From Candidatus Latescibacterota bacterium (lineage in GTDB: Bacteria; Latescibacterota; UBA2968): DNA of 64,000 nt. Below the pieces are notes generated by a model. It saw only the letters and a program-made list of their open reading frames with translations. It had not been told where the DNA came from and made no database searches. The position numbers and the translations under genes were made by a program. Shown here one piece after another: positions 1 through 8,340 of this stretch (the stretch's first letter is position 1; each line of letters starts with the position of its first letter). The stretch lies in the NCBI GenBank assembly GCA_965204745.1, contig OZ242010.1, positions 4,224,001-4,288,000 on the forward strand, given 5' to 3'.

Positions 1-127
1 CTTCAACCTTTCTGCCGGGTACCCGCCTCAGGTAGCGGACGATGAAAGGCCTCATTGCATCTCGGTAAATGTCTAAGGCATCAACTACAGCCTTCTTGTT
101 CGGACGCTCAATTATTGCCTTTGCCAT
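1..127 (-). CDS. N-terminus of a gene running off the window; resembles Swt1-like HEPN domain proteins
   Basis: GGAGG at 138-142, ATG at 127, open frame MAKAIIERPNKKAVVDALDIYRDAMRPFIVRYLRR to the window edge; family call from the helical ALDIYRDAMRPFI motif only. Confidence 0.5.
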   Translation of the reverse strand, partial: MAKAIIERPNKKAVVDALDIYRDAMRPFIVRYLRRVPGRKVE

Positions 128-773
128 TTGGCACTAACCTCCATATCAACTTGTAGATCGCTGAAACTTGGGGAGTTGGTGGGTGGATAATCTGTAACAC
201 CAACATTATCGAATTATGTTGCGCCTAAATCAAAGGGTTATTCTAATCTTTGTCAAGAGAAAAATAAAAAATAAAATAATCTGCTGTATAATTCTAAAAA
301 CTCAAAGAGGGCTACCATTGACTTACTGTCTTGGACTTTTGGAAAAACCGATGATTTCGGCAGATTATTATTTTTTAATGTATTATGCCTATCTTTTTGA
401 GACGGTCCATGACAAGTTCGCTATCGAGACTCCGTCACAGCACACAAAAAACGTCGACATTTTACCAGCGTCGCCGATTACCGAAAAAAATACCGCTCCC
501 CACATCGAGAGAGCGGTATCTATGGCGTGCTCTGTGGCGCGTTATGCGTTCGCGGTTTTGTACGGCGCGGTGGCAAGTTGATTTGGTGGGGCAACGTCGC
601 GCACGTACCGACACGGCGAATTTGTTGAGGCAGATCGCTTCGGACGCCCAAGCCCTCATCCAAAATATCCAAGCGGGAACCGCATGACACTCCCAGGCAT
701 TGGAGGTCAAAGATCGGTTTCCGATGCATGGGTTCTCCTCGTGGTCATCAGCCACTTAGCGGAGGTTCTTCAG

Positions 774-1058
774 ATGAACGCAAGTCAAAAGACCATCGAC
801 GCAAATTACACCGCTTTCCGAAAGGTGTTGCCCGAAATTATGCAACGGCAGGCAGGCCGTTTCGCGCTTATGCGGAACGAACAGATCGTGGACTTTTTTG
901 ACACTGCGAGAGATGCGGTTACGGCCGGTGGACATCTCTATGAAGACGGTGAATTTTCAGTCCAAGAAGTGATGCGAGCACCGATCAACTTGGGGTACTT
1001 TTCTTTTTTGTTCGGCGACTGCATCAACGCATCTTTTTTCTGCCTTGCACAAACATGA
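774..1058 (+). CDS. small hypothetical protein (DUF5678-like)
   Basis: GGAGG at 761-765, ATG at 774; NYTAFRKVLPEI...GRFALMRNEQIVDFFDTARDA...FSVQEV pattern. Confidence 0.55.
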   Translation: MNASQKTIDANYTAFRKVLPEIMQRQAGRFALMRNEQIVDFFDTARDAVTAGGHLYEDGEFSVQEVMRAPINLGYFSFLFGDCINASFFCLAQT

Positions 1059-2451
1059 CGGATGGTGCCGGGCCGGGGTCGCACACTTCGTTGAAGGTGG
1101 CGGGTAAGGGTTGGTGGATCACGGCTTGGATGCGCGACCGTTGCAGGGCGACCACATCGGGGTGATCCGCGGCGATGTCGGTGTTTTCGTCTGGATCGGT
1201 TGCGAGATCGAACAACTCTTCTTTTGCTGGATCGTTCAAACTCACCGTGTAATTCCACTGATCATCGCGCACGGATGCGCGGCCCGTTGCCGGGCCATTG
1301 GCAAAACTCGCCCAGCCAATGACGACGTGATCGCGCACGGCCTCTGCATCGCCCGTCACCAGCGGCCAAATATCCACGCCATCCACCGCGCTGCACGGAA
1401 TATCGAGCAGGCCGAGCACCGTGGGCAACAAGTCGTGGGCTTGCACAAAACCGGAAACCCGCTTGCGAACCCCCGGATGCCGTACCATCCAATTCAGGCG
1501 CGTGTTGTATGGATGCAGGCGATCCGGCCCCTTGCCAAATTGCCCGTGATCCAAAACTTGCGTGCCGTGATCCGACAGCAACATCACAATCGTCTCGTCT
1601 TTCAACCCCAGCTCATCGATCCGATTGAGCAGGTGCCCCACCCAGCGATCTACCAGCGTGACCTCGCCAAAGTACAAGGCTCGAATCCGCGCCTTCTCCG
1701 CATCGCTCGCCCCCTCGCCCTCGTTCCCCGCGCCCGGGGAAATAAAATCCTTGCCACTCCAGTTGGACAAATAGCGATCCGCGTAGTCCCGCGGCGGATC
1801 CCAGGGTTCGTGCGGGTCAAAGGAATCGACCCACAGGAAAAACGGCGCGTTGTCCGCGTTCTCGGTCAGCCAATCCGCGGCGCGGCGAAACACCCGGGCG
1901 CAGCTGTAATCCTCCTCGCGCTGCCGAAATTTTTGGTTGAACAGGTATTGCATCAGCCCGGTGTGGCGGTCCCAGTTGATCGGCTCGCGCACATGCGGGC
2001 GCAGCAAGTGTTCAATCGCGTCTCGCGTGCCAAACCGCCAGTTGTCGTTCTCTTGCCCGCGGATGAAATCGTAGGTGACAAATCCGCGCGTGTAGTTCAT
2101 CGTGGGCTTGAACATGTGGTAAGTGTCTGCGACCAACCCGGTCAGGTACCCATTCGCCAGCAGAATTTCCGAGAGGGTATCTTGTTCCGGCGGGATTTTG
2201 TGCCAGCCTGGCGCGTGGTGCCAGTGCCCGCGCCGGTCGAAATTGTAACGCCACGGAAAGGTGCGGCGGCCCGTGAACAAACCGCGCCGGGTCTGCAACG
2301 TGGGTTGGCATTCCCCGAAAGCCCGTTCAAACACCACGGCCTCGGCTACAAACGCATCGAGATGGGGCGTTTCGACAAAACTCAGTTTTTGATTTGGGCC
2401 GACGATATCGGCGCGAAACGTGTCCAAGCAGATACAGATGACGTTCATCAC
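1024..2451 (-). CDS. sulfatase-like hydrolase (alkaline phosphatase superfamily)
   Basis: NVICICLDTFRAD, TPHLD, RRGLFTGR, FDPHEPW, SDHG, ELFDLATDPDE motifs; GGAGG RBS. Confidence 0.9.
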   Translation of the reverse strand: MMNVICICLDTFRADIVGPNQKLSFVETPHLDAFVAEAVVFERAFGECQPTLQTRRGLFTGRRTFPWRYNFDRRGHWHHAPGWHKIPPEQDTLSEILLANGYLTGLVADTYHMFKPTMNYTRGFVTYDFIRGQENDNWRFGTRDAIEHLLRPHVREPINWDRHTGLMQYLFNQKFRQREEDYSCARVFRRAADWLTENADNAPFFLWVDSFDPHEPWDPPRDYADRYLSNWSGKDFISPGAGNEGEGASDAEKARIRALYFGEVTLVDRWVGHLLNRIDELGLKDETIVMLLSDHGTQVLDHGQFGKGPDRLHPYNTRLNWMVRHPGVRKRVSGFVQAHDLLPTVLGLLDIPCSAVDGVDIWPLVTGDAEAVRDHVVIGWASFANGPATGRASVRDDQWNYTVSLNDPAKEELFDLATDPDENTDIAADHPDVVALQRSRIQAVIHQPLPATFNEVCDPGPAPSVMFVQGRKKMR

Positions 2452-2463
2452 AAACCTCCAAAA

Positions 2464-4404
2464 TTAAAAATACAAACTGTGCCCTTGCCCTTGGAAGCAC
2501 AGGGCGTCGATGACAAAGGACGCGCCAGCCGCGGAAAAGTGCCCGACCACGAGGCCCACAAAAACGGGCTTGGCGCGGTTGTAGAGCATCAGGCCGCCGA
2601 AGCGGATCAGCAGCACTTTGATGGCCCAGGCCGCGAACAGGGACAACAACGTCCACTTCACTTGCCCCACAGAGGCGATAGAAAATCCAATGGGATGCAG
2701 GCGCCACCACGCGAACCGATGGCGGCAGTACGTCAGCAAAACCGTCACGAGCGCGCCCAAGGCCAAAAACGCGAAGTGCCCGAAGCGCAGGGTTTCTGCG
2801 GCTTTGATTTTCGCCACGACCGTATCAAAGGGCACTTGGCCGCCGCGCCGAAAAACCCATTCCCCAAAATTGTACGCGCCCGAGGCGTATGCCAGTTTGA
2901 GCGAAAAATAAAAGGACACCATCAAGCTGAGGGCCAGGGCCAAGCCCACGGCGGTGAGGTACGCGCCGCGCGGAAATCGCTGCTCGCTGTGGACGCGGGC
3001 CGCGTTCGCGCCAAAGGGCATAAATGTGGCGATGGGGTCGCACGCCCAGCCGTAGGACAGGCCGAGGCCGGTCATGGTCGCGGCCGTCAAATTCGCCGGG
3101 CCGACGAGGTGCATCGCGTACGCCTGCGGCACGAGCGGGCCGCGCACGAACACCAGCCCGCCTTCGATGACGATGCGCGTGAGGCCCAAATAAAGCGTGA
3201 CAACCGCAAAGAGCAACAGCGAAGCCACGCCCGGCTGGATCCCGATGCGCGTCAGCCAGAACAAAATGTAGAGCGCGCCGAGCGCGATGCCGAGCAGGGC
3301 CGCGCGATAGCCCATGATTTCCTCGCGGTCAGACGCGCCGTCGGCCTTGCCCCGTGCGGTTCGCCACACCCCGCGCAGATGTTCGCGCGCGACCCATATC
3401 CCGCCCATCACGACCGCGACAAAGGCCCCGAACCCCTGCCAGGCCAATGCGGCCGGGCTGACCGAATACACTTCGGACGTGCCGATAGTGAACCCCGTGC
3501 GGTTGAACAGCGCGACCTCGGCCATGTTGAACAGGTTGAAAAACCACACGCTGAAAATCACATCCACATTCACAAAATACGTGATGCCCACCAACGGCAG
3601 GGACAAGTTGGTCGAAATCCCCGGCCAGACCTGCCCGCCCAGGAGGTTCAAGCGGAGGGCCGGGATAGTGGGCCAGCCCTCAAAAAAGTAGCCCGGCACG
3701 TTCCACGCGATTTTGCCCGCGGCAATGCCAAAGCCGATCCAGAACAAGCGACTCCGCATGAATTGCGGTAGCAGGCGATCCTCACCTGCGCCCACCATCA
3801 TCATCAACGGGACGTCGACCAGCGGAAAATTGAGGCGTTCTTTGTCCTCCCACTGCTTGCGAAAAACCGCGATGAGACACGTACAAAGCGTCATGGTGGC
3901 GACGATGACGGACCCCCACCAGAACAGGGGCATGACCCACACGCGCCAGGGGATTTGCGCGCCCGGGGGCAGGCCCTCGAAAAACCACGCCACTTCGCGG
4001 CCTTCGCCGGGCACGGCCCACAAGGGTACATGGCTGTGGATGAACTCGGCCCATCCATTTTCGGTCGTGGCAAAATAAAAGGGCGACGCGGCTACGGAAA
4101 TCACGTAGCCGGTCGCCCCATACGTGGGCACGGATACCGCGACCAACAGCATCATATAGACCACGCCCAACTCATCGCCGGTCAGGCCGCCGCCGCGCTT
4201 TACAGCTTTCAAGATCGGATTGAGCACCACGACGACGAGGATGAACAACGCGGCCAAGCCCAACGGAAAATAATTGGTGGTCAACAGGGTGGATCGCACG
4301 ATCCATTCGGAATACGGCGCCAACAGATTCACCGCAACGACGACGAGAACGCCAATGCCCAATGCCTTTGGCGTGAGGACGGCCGCGGGCGGGGTTTCTG
4401 ACAT
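2464..4404 (-). CDS. polytopic membrane protein, DUF6785/DUF6784-like putative transporter
   Basis: many TM segments; RKQWEDKERLNFPL and WWRLHPIGF motifs; start set at ATG 4404 because the ORF extension runs through a repeat. Confidence 0.75.
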   Translation of the reverse strand: MSETPPAAVLTPKALGIGVLVVVAVNLLAPYSEWIVRSTLLTTNYFPLGLAALFILVVVVLNPILKAVKRGGGLTGDELGVVYMMLLVAVSVPTYGATGYVISVAASPFYFATTENGWAEFIHSHVPLWAVPGEGREVAWFFEGLPPGAQIPWRVWVMPLFWWGSVIVATMTLCTCLIAVFRKQWEDKERLNFPLVDVPLMMMVGAGEDRLLPQFMRSRLFWIGFGIAAGKIAWNVPGYFFEGWPTIPALRLNLLGGQVWPGISTNLSLPLVGITYFVNVDVIFSVWFFNLFNMAEVALFNRTGFTIGTSEVYSVSPAALAWQGFGAFVAVVMGGIWVAREHLRGVWRTARGKADGASDREEIMGYRAALLGIALGALYILFWLTRIGIQPGVASLLLFAVVTLYLGLTRIVIEGGLVFVRGPLVPQAYAMHLVGPANLTAATMTGLGLSYGWACDPIATFMPFGANAARVHSEQRFPRGAYLTAVGLALALSLMVSFYFSLKLAYASGAYNFGEWVFRRGGQVPFDTVVAKIKAAETLRFGHFAFLALGALVTVLLTYCRHRFAWWRLHPIGFSIASVGQVKWTLLSLFAAWAIKVLLIRFGGLMLYNRAKPVFVGLVVGHFSAAGASFVIDALCFQGQGHSLYF

Positions 4405-4464
4405 GGTGCGTTGAATGGATTGTACCACGATGGGATTCTCGGAGTGATTAAGACGGGAGGGGGT

Positions 4465-4574
4465 TAGCCACAAAAGGCACGAGCGGGGTACAACTGGCGA
4501 TAGCCAGTTCAAAGGCACAAAAGGCGAGCAGGATGTGTAGGGGCGATGCCCCTGTGCTCGCCCTAAGATACAAG
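4465..4574 (-). repeat. REP-containing small repeat element, copy A
   Basis: minus strand CT-TGTATCTT, GGGCGAGCACAGGGGCATCGCCCCTAC (GTAG-type REP hairpin), CCTTTGAACTGGCTATCGCCAGTT, TTTTGTGGCTAA; homologous to 18170-18378, 24885-24960, 27238-27291. Confidence 0.85.
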
Positions 4575-4655
4575 GGGAATGGCGAGAGGTGAGAGGCGAG
4601 AGGTGAGGCAACCCCGCCCATCCGCTCCCTTCAGGTAAGATACTCTCTTAAAAGG

Positions 4656-5663
4656 TCAAGGGGTTTTCGGGGTGATTCGATAGAATTTTTCGCCCTCAAA
4701 ATCTTGGTCATGGCGCAACATGCCCCAGATCGAATGGAGCAACTTTCGCATCACCGCAACGATAGCCTGCAAAGGTTTCTTGCCGCGGGCGATGAGTTGG
4801 TCATAGAAGGCTTTGACATGGCCTTCGTGTCTGATGGCCACCCAGGCAGGCATATAGAGGGCATGGCGGAGGTACTTATTCCCGGTTTTCGAGATGCGTC
4901 TTTGTGGATTGGCGGTTCCGGATTGTTTGGGTTTGGGATCCAGGCCTGCATGTGCGACCCACTGGGGCGGTTGCATCTCCTCTGGCAAAAGGGTCAACTC
5001 GGCCAAGAGCCGCAAGGCACTCGTTTGCGCGATGCCAGGCGTCGAGCAGAGGCGTTGGTAGGCACGCTTGAGGGGCTCATCGTGCAAAACGAGATCGAGG
5101 GCTTGGCTTTCCAAGTATGCAATCCGGCGTTTGAAGTGTCGAATATTCACCTGAATATCGCGTGCGATGAGACGTGTGCTGCGGATGTGGTAGCTCTGCG
5201 CGTGGTTGCGGCTCTGTTCGCGGATGATCTCCTGCTTGAGTTGGTCAATGCGTCTGGTGAGGGCTTGCAGTTGAAGCCGTTGCTCGCTCGGCGCTTGCCA
5301 AGGCACAAAAGGCATGCGCTCGGCATAGTCGAGGATCAACAACGCATCCTTCGCATCCGTCTTCGCCCGTTGCATGCAGGCTTGGGCGTACTTGCTCATC
5401 GCTTTGGGATTGACGACCATGACCTTTGTGTGGCGATGCCGATGCAAGGCCAAGGCCACCCCCAAACTGTAAAGCCCGGTCGCTTCGAGGCACACAGAGA
5501 CCATGTGCCCGCCCTTCGTGAGCCACTTCAGCAACCGCTTATGCGCTTGGGGATCATTGGCAAAGGTCGCTTGCATGACAGCTTGTCCGGGTCTGGACAG
5601 GGCAACGGACAACGTGCGGGCACTGACATCAATGCCGGCAAAAGCGGGGTGAGATTTCGACAT
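4656..5663 (-). CDS. IS110-family DEDD recombinase/transposase
   Basis: GIDVS, CLEATG, KTDAKDA (D-E-D-D), QSG serine motif, RISKTGNKYLRHALY, AVMRKLL; AGGAGG RBS before ATG 5663. Confidence 0.95.
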   Translation of the reverse strand: MSKSHPAFAGIDVSARTLSVALSRPGQAVMQATFANDPQAHKRLLKWLTKGGHMVSVCLEATGLYSLGVALALHRHRHTKVMVVNPKAMSKYAQACMQRAKTDAKDALLILDYAERMPFVPWQAPSEQRLQLQALTRRIDQLKQEIIREQSRNHAQSYHIRSTRLIARDIQVNIRHFKRRIAYLESQALDLVLHDEPLKRAYQRLCSTPGIAQTSALRLLAELTLLPEEMQPPQWVAHAGLDPKPKQSGTANPQRRISKTGNKYLRHALYMPAWVAIRHEGHVKAFYDQLIARGKKPLQAIVAVMRKLLHSIWGMLRHDQDFEGEKFYRITPKTP

Positions 5664-5734
5664 GGGGGCCTCCTGTGATGAGGGGGTTGTAAGGGATCTG
5701 GTGCGCGCTCGGGGTCGCGTCCCGACCATTGACG

Positions 5735-5916
5735 CCAAGTCTACCGGTCTTGTATATGCAGCCTCAAGGGGCTTAGATACTCTTCGGCATAGACCCGGCG
5801 GTCGGGGGGCCTATCTTACCTACAAGGTCATCGCCTTCAAGAGGGGCCGGCCTTCCCCGAGCCGGGCATCAAGATGGCTTATCTCGATACGAGGGCGCAA
5901 CTCCTAATTAACCCTT
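5735..5916 (-). ncRNA. predicted IS110 bridge RNA (ends approximate)
   Basis: target loop with guides at 5840-5848 and 5815-5821 around an AAGG/CCUU stem; donor loop with guides at 5775-5783 and 5749-5755 around an AGCC/GGCU stem, closed by GUCUA/UAGAC. Confidence 0.8.
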
Positions 5917-6003
5917 ACTTCCAAGATACAAGAGGGGAGACGTAAGATGCAATTTTAGCCACAAGCCAGGGACAGGGTCTCTGGCTCTTTTTGTGTCATT
6001 TCC

Positions 6004-6200
6004 GCTCCTTCAAATCATAACATCTTGTAACAAATCGTAACAAATCGCACATGTTACGTGAATGCGAAAGAAAGTTGATTTGATAGACGCTTCACAGGGC
6101 GTGCGTCCACGCGCTTACAACCTCGTGTCCGTCTTACAGCACCTCCACGTCCGTTTAGCGACTCGGCAGGGCTTGCCGCGTCGTAGTGTTTCAAATTGAT
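6004..6200 (-). ncRNA. putative omega/reRNA scaffold of TnpB (5' end approximate)
   Basis: position at the element 3' end overlapping the tnpB tail, as established for TnpB elements; structure not computed. Confidence 0.45.
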
Positions 6201-7283
6201 GGCCGCGTTCAAATCGCGGTTGAGGACGAGACCGCAAGACAAGCAGACATAGTCGCGCTGTGATAAATCCATAGCGACTTTGCGTTGTCCACAGCCTGAG
6301 CATGTCTTTGTGCTGGCAAACCACCGGTCGGCTTTTTCAAAAGCCACGCCAGACCATTGGCACTTGTATTCAAGCATGCGAAGGAATCCGCTGATACCTG
6401 CGCGGTGGAACGCACGCGACAGGCTCTTGTTGCGGCGCATACCAGCAACATTCAGCGTCTCGACAATCACCTTGCCAACGGTCGTCGCTTTGACAATCGC
6501 GGAAGTGGCTTTGTGGTGAACATCGTCGCGGATGTTGGTGATGCGCCCAAAGATGCGCTGTCGTTGGTCATACAAGCGTTGCCTGCGGTTACTGCGTTGG
6601 TTCTTGCCATGCGTGTTCTTTGACCGCGCAAGGGCTTTGTCCACACGGCGCAACTTGCGATACTGCGTATCTATCGCGCCCTTGGGATTGTCTATCGTCG
6701 TGCCATCCGAATAGGTTGCCAGCGTTTTCAATCCCATGTCGATGCCGATGGTTTCTCCGTCGCGTTTATCGGGCGGCTCCTGTCCTGTATCGACAGACAA
6801 GCAGACAAACCATCGGCCATGCGTCTTGGTTACGGTGGCTTTGACAATCGCGCCATTAAACCGCAGACGCTCGGCCATCTTGACCCAGCCAATTTTGGGC
6901 AGAAAGACCTTTTTGCCATCCACCTTGACCGTACCGGGCCCGTTATCGGCTTGATACGCACGCTTGCCAGAACGCTTGCGGTGTGTCGGGAAGCGCACGC
7001 GCAGTTTCTTGTTTCGCCAGTTCTTGATGGCTCTGTCAAGGTCGTGGATGGCATTCTTGGATGCGTATTGTGACAACTCGCCAGACCATTCATACTCGGC
7101 CTTTTTGACCACATTGAACTCGCGCTTGAGCGTATAAAGCGACTTGAACACGCCTGTATCCAGGGCGGCCTTGAACGCATTGAGCGCGTGATTGTACACC
7201 ACACGCGCATAGCCACAATGCTTTGAAAACAGCGTTGCTTGGGCTTGCGGGTGCATCAGTGCAATTTTGTGCGTCTTGACCAT
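6054..7283 (-). CDS. tnpB: RNA-guided endonuclease TnpB
   Basis: N-terminal HKIAL...GYARVVYNHAL, RuvC GIDMG / IVETLNV / RDLNAAINL, Zn ribbon CSGCG...CLSCG. Confidence 0.93.
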   Translation of the reverse strand: MVKTHKIALMHPQAQATLFSKHCGYARVVYNHALNAFKAALDTGVFKSLYTLKREFNVVKKAEYEWSGELSQYASKNAIHDLDRAIKNWRNKKLRVRFPTHRKRSGKRAYQADNGPGTVKVDGKKVFLPKIGWVKMAERLRFNGAIVKATVTKTHGRWFVCLSVDTGQEPPDKRDGETIGIDMGLKTLATYSDGTTIDNPKGAIDTQYRKLRRVDKALARSKNTHGKNQRSNRRQRLYDQRQRIFGRITNIRDDVHHKATSAIVKATTVGKVIVETLNVAGMRRNKSLSRAFHRAGISGFLRMLEYKCQWSGVAFEKADRWFASTKTCSGCGQRKVAMDLSQRDYVCLSCGLVLNRDLNAAINLKHYDAASPAESLNGRGGAVRRTRGCKRVDARPVKRLSNQLSFAFT

Positions 7284-7456
7284 TGACCTGTCCAATATAA
7301 AAATCCGCCGATGGTTGTATCCAAAGCAAGGCTTTGCCACCGGCGGAATCAAACAAATACAAAAATGGCCTTGCTTTTGGATACACACCTTAGACGACTA
7401 CAAACGACAAAAGATTCCACCTTTTTGTGCGATTTGTGATGATTTGTTACAAGATG

Positions 7457-7828
7457 TTATGATTTTACCGCACTGTTACTTACCCCTGCTGGCATGTCGC
7501 GCTTGTGAATGTATTCCTGCCTCGCCATCATCGTCAAAATGCCCACCAAAAGACTGAGCAATAGCACCAAGCCCGCGGGCATAAATTTGCGCGTGCGGAC
7601 AAACCGGCTCAGAAAAATGCCCGTGAGCAACAGCCCGACAAGCCCGCCGGTCAAAAATCCAATTTCGGGATCGCGCAGGCTTTGCCAGAAGCCGACCAGT
7701 GCGACAGCGCCGCTGACCGCACCTGCAAACAAAGAGGCAGAACTCCCGGTCTTCACCTTCCCAACGATGCCCCCCGCGATCAACAACGCGCCGTAAATCG
7801 CCAGTGCCACTTGTGCTGTTTCGATCAT
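7457..7828 (-). CDS. TMEM14-family small membrane protein, C-terminus altered by the TnpB element
   Basis: YGALLIAGGIVGKVKTGSSASLFAG and RFVRTRKFMPAGL motifs; GGAG before ATG 7828; stop lies within the element end. Confidence 0.8.
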   Translation of the reverse strand: MIETAQVALAIYGALLIAGGIVGKVKTGSSASLFAGAVSGAVALVGFWQSLRDPEIGFLTGGLVGLLLTGIFLSRFVRTRKFMPAGLVLLLSLLVGILTMMARQEYIHKRDMPAGVSNSAVKS

Positions 7829-7862
7829 TTCATTCTCCAAAATAGCCACTGAAACAGTCGCG

Positions 7863-8314
7863 CCTTATCGGGACCTACCCCCCTAACCCCCGTTACTCGC
7901 TTCGCTTCGTTGTAGGCTACGCCTGTGCCTTAGAGGAAGGGGGAACAGTGAGCGGTTTTGCGAGGGGATTGATGAGGGATTTTCAATCGCTTTATGCCCT
8001 CGCAAAACGCCATCAAAACAACCAGAGCGAGAAGCCATCAAAGAAACTTTACTCCCCTTTCCTCGTAGGAAGGGGGAACAGTGAGCGGTTTTGCGAGGGG
8101 ATTGATGAGGGATATTTAATCGCTTTATGCCCTCGCAAAACGCCATCAAAACAACCAGAGCGAGAAGCCATCAAAGAAACTTTACTCCCCTTTCCTCGTA
8201 GGAAAGGGGCCGGGGGATAGGTCCCCTCACGCAACGCCATCAGAGCAACCTAAGCCATCAAATGACCAAACGCCTTAAATGAGCAAGAAGCAACACAGTT
8301 GCTACTCTGTGCGT
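7863..8314 (+). repeat. MITE-derived repeat without terminal repeats, with a 133-bp internal tandem duplication
   Basis: homologous to 36088-36517 and 49216-49612; 7934-8066 repeated at 8067-8199. Confidence 0.85.
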
Positions 8315-8340
8315 GTGGTCAGTCCGCATGCCTCGCTTCC

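Larger units (their letters stand above)
4638..5932 (-). mobile_element. IS110-family insertion sequence, complete
   Basis: CT cores at 5932-5931 and 4639-4638 (minus); reconstructed donor AGAGTAT-CT-TGTAT and target CTCCCCT-CT-TACCT match guides in the non-coding end. Confidence 0.9.
6002..7469 (-). mobile_element. TnpB-only IS607-like element (no tnpA)
   Basis: about 40-bp inverted subterminal repeats (6012-6051, 7426-7465) built of roughly 10-bp units; GG at both junctions; removing it restores the flanking ORF. Confidence 0.75.

Noticed and set aside
216-755. Several short overlapping ORFs
   Set aside because: No RBS or motif support; cannot tell which, if any, is real.
1111-3771. 886-aa plus-strand ORF and similar long antisense ORFs (9187-10677, 59100-61079, 60463-62313)
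   Set aside because: Shadow or alternate frames of well-supported genes in GC-rich DNA; no recognisable motifs.
4637-5929. AAGATAC as a 7-bp target-site duplication of IS110
   Set aside because: The bridge guides place the cores at 4638-4639 and 5931-5932; the apparent repeat arises from similarity between the ends.
7284-7469. Group I intron (IStron) or tnpA upstream of tnpB
   Set aside because: Only about 185 bp, too short for either, and no recognisable motifs.
7883-8240. Small ORFs inside MITE copies (also 36095-36404, 49391-49717)
   Set aside because: Translations of repeat sequence; only a short transposase relic is meaningful.
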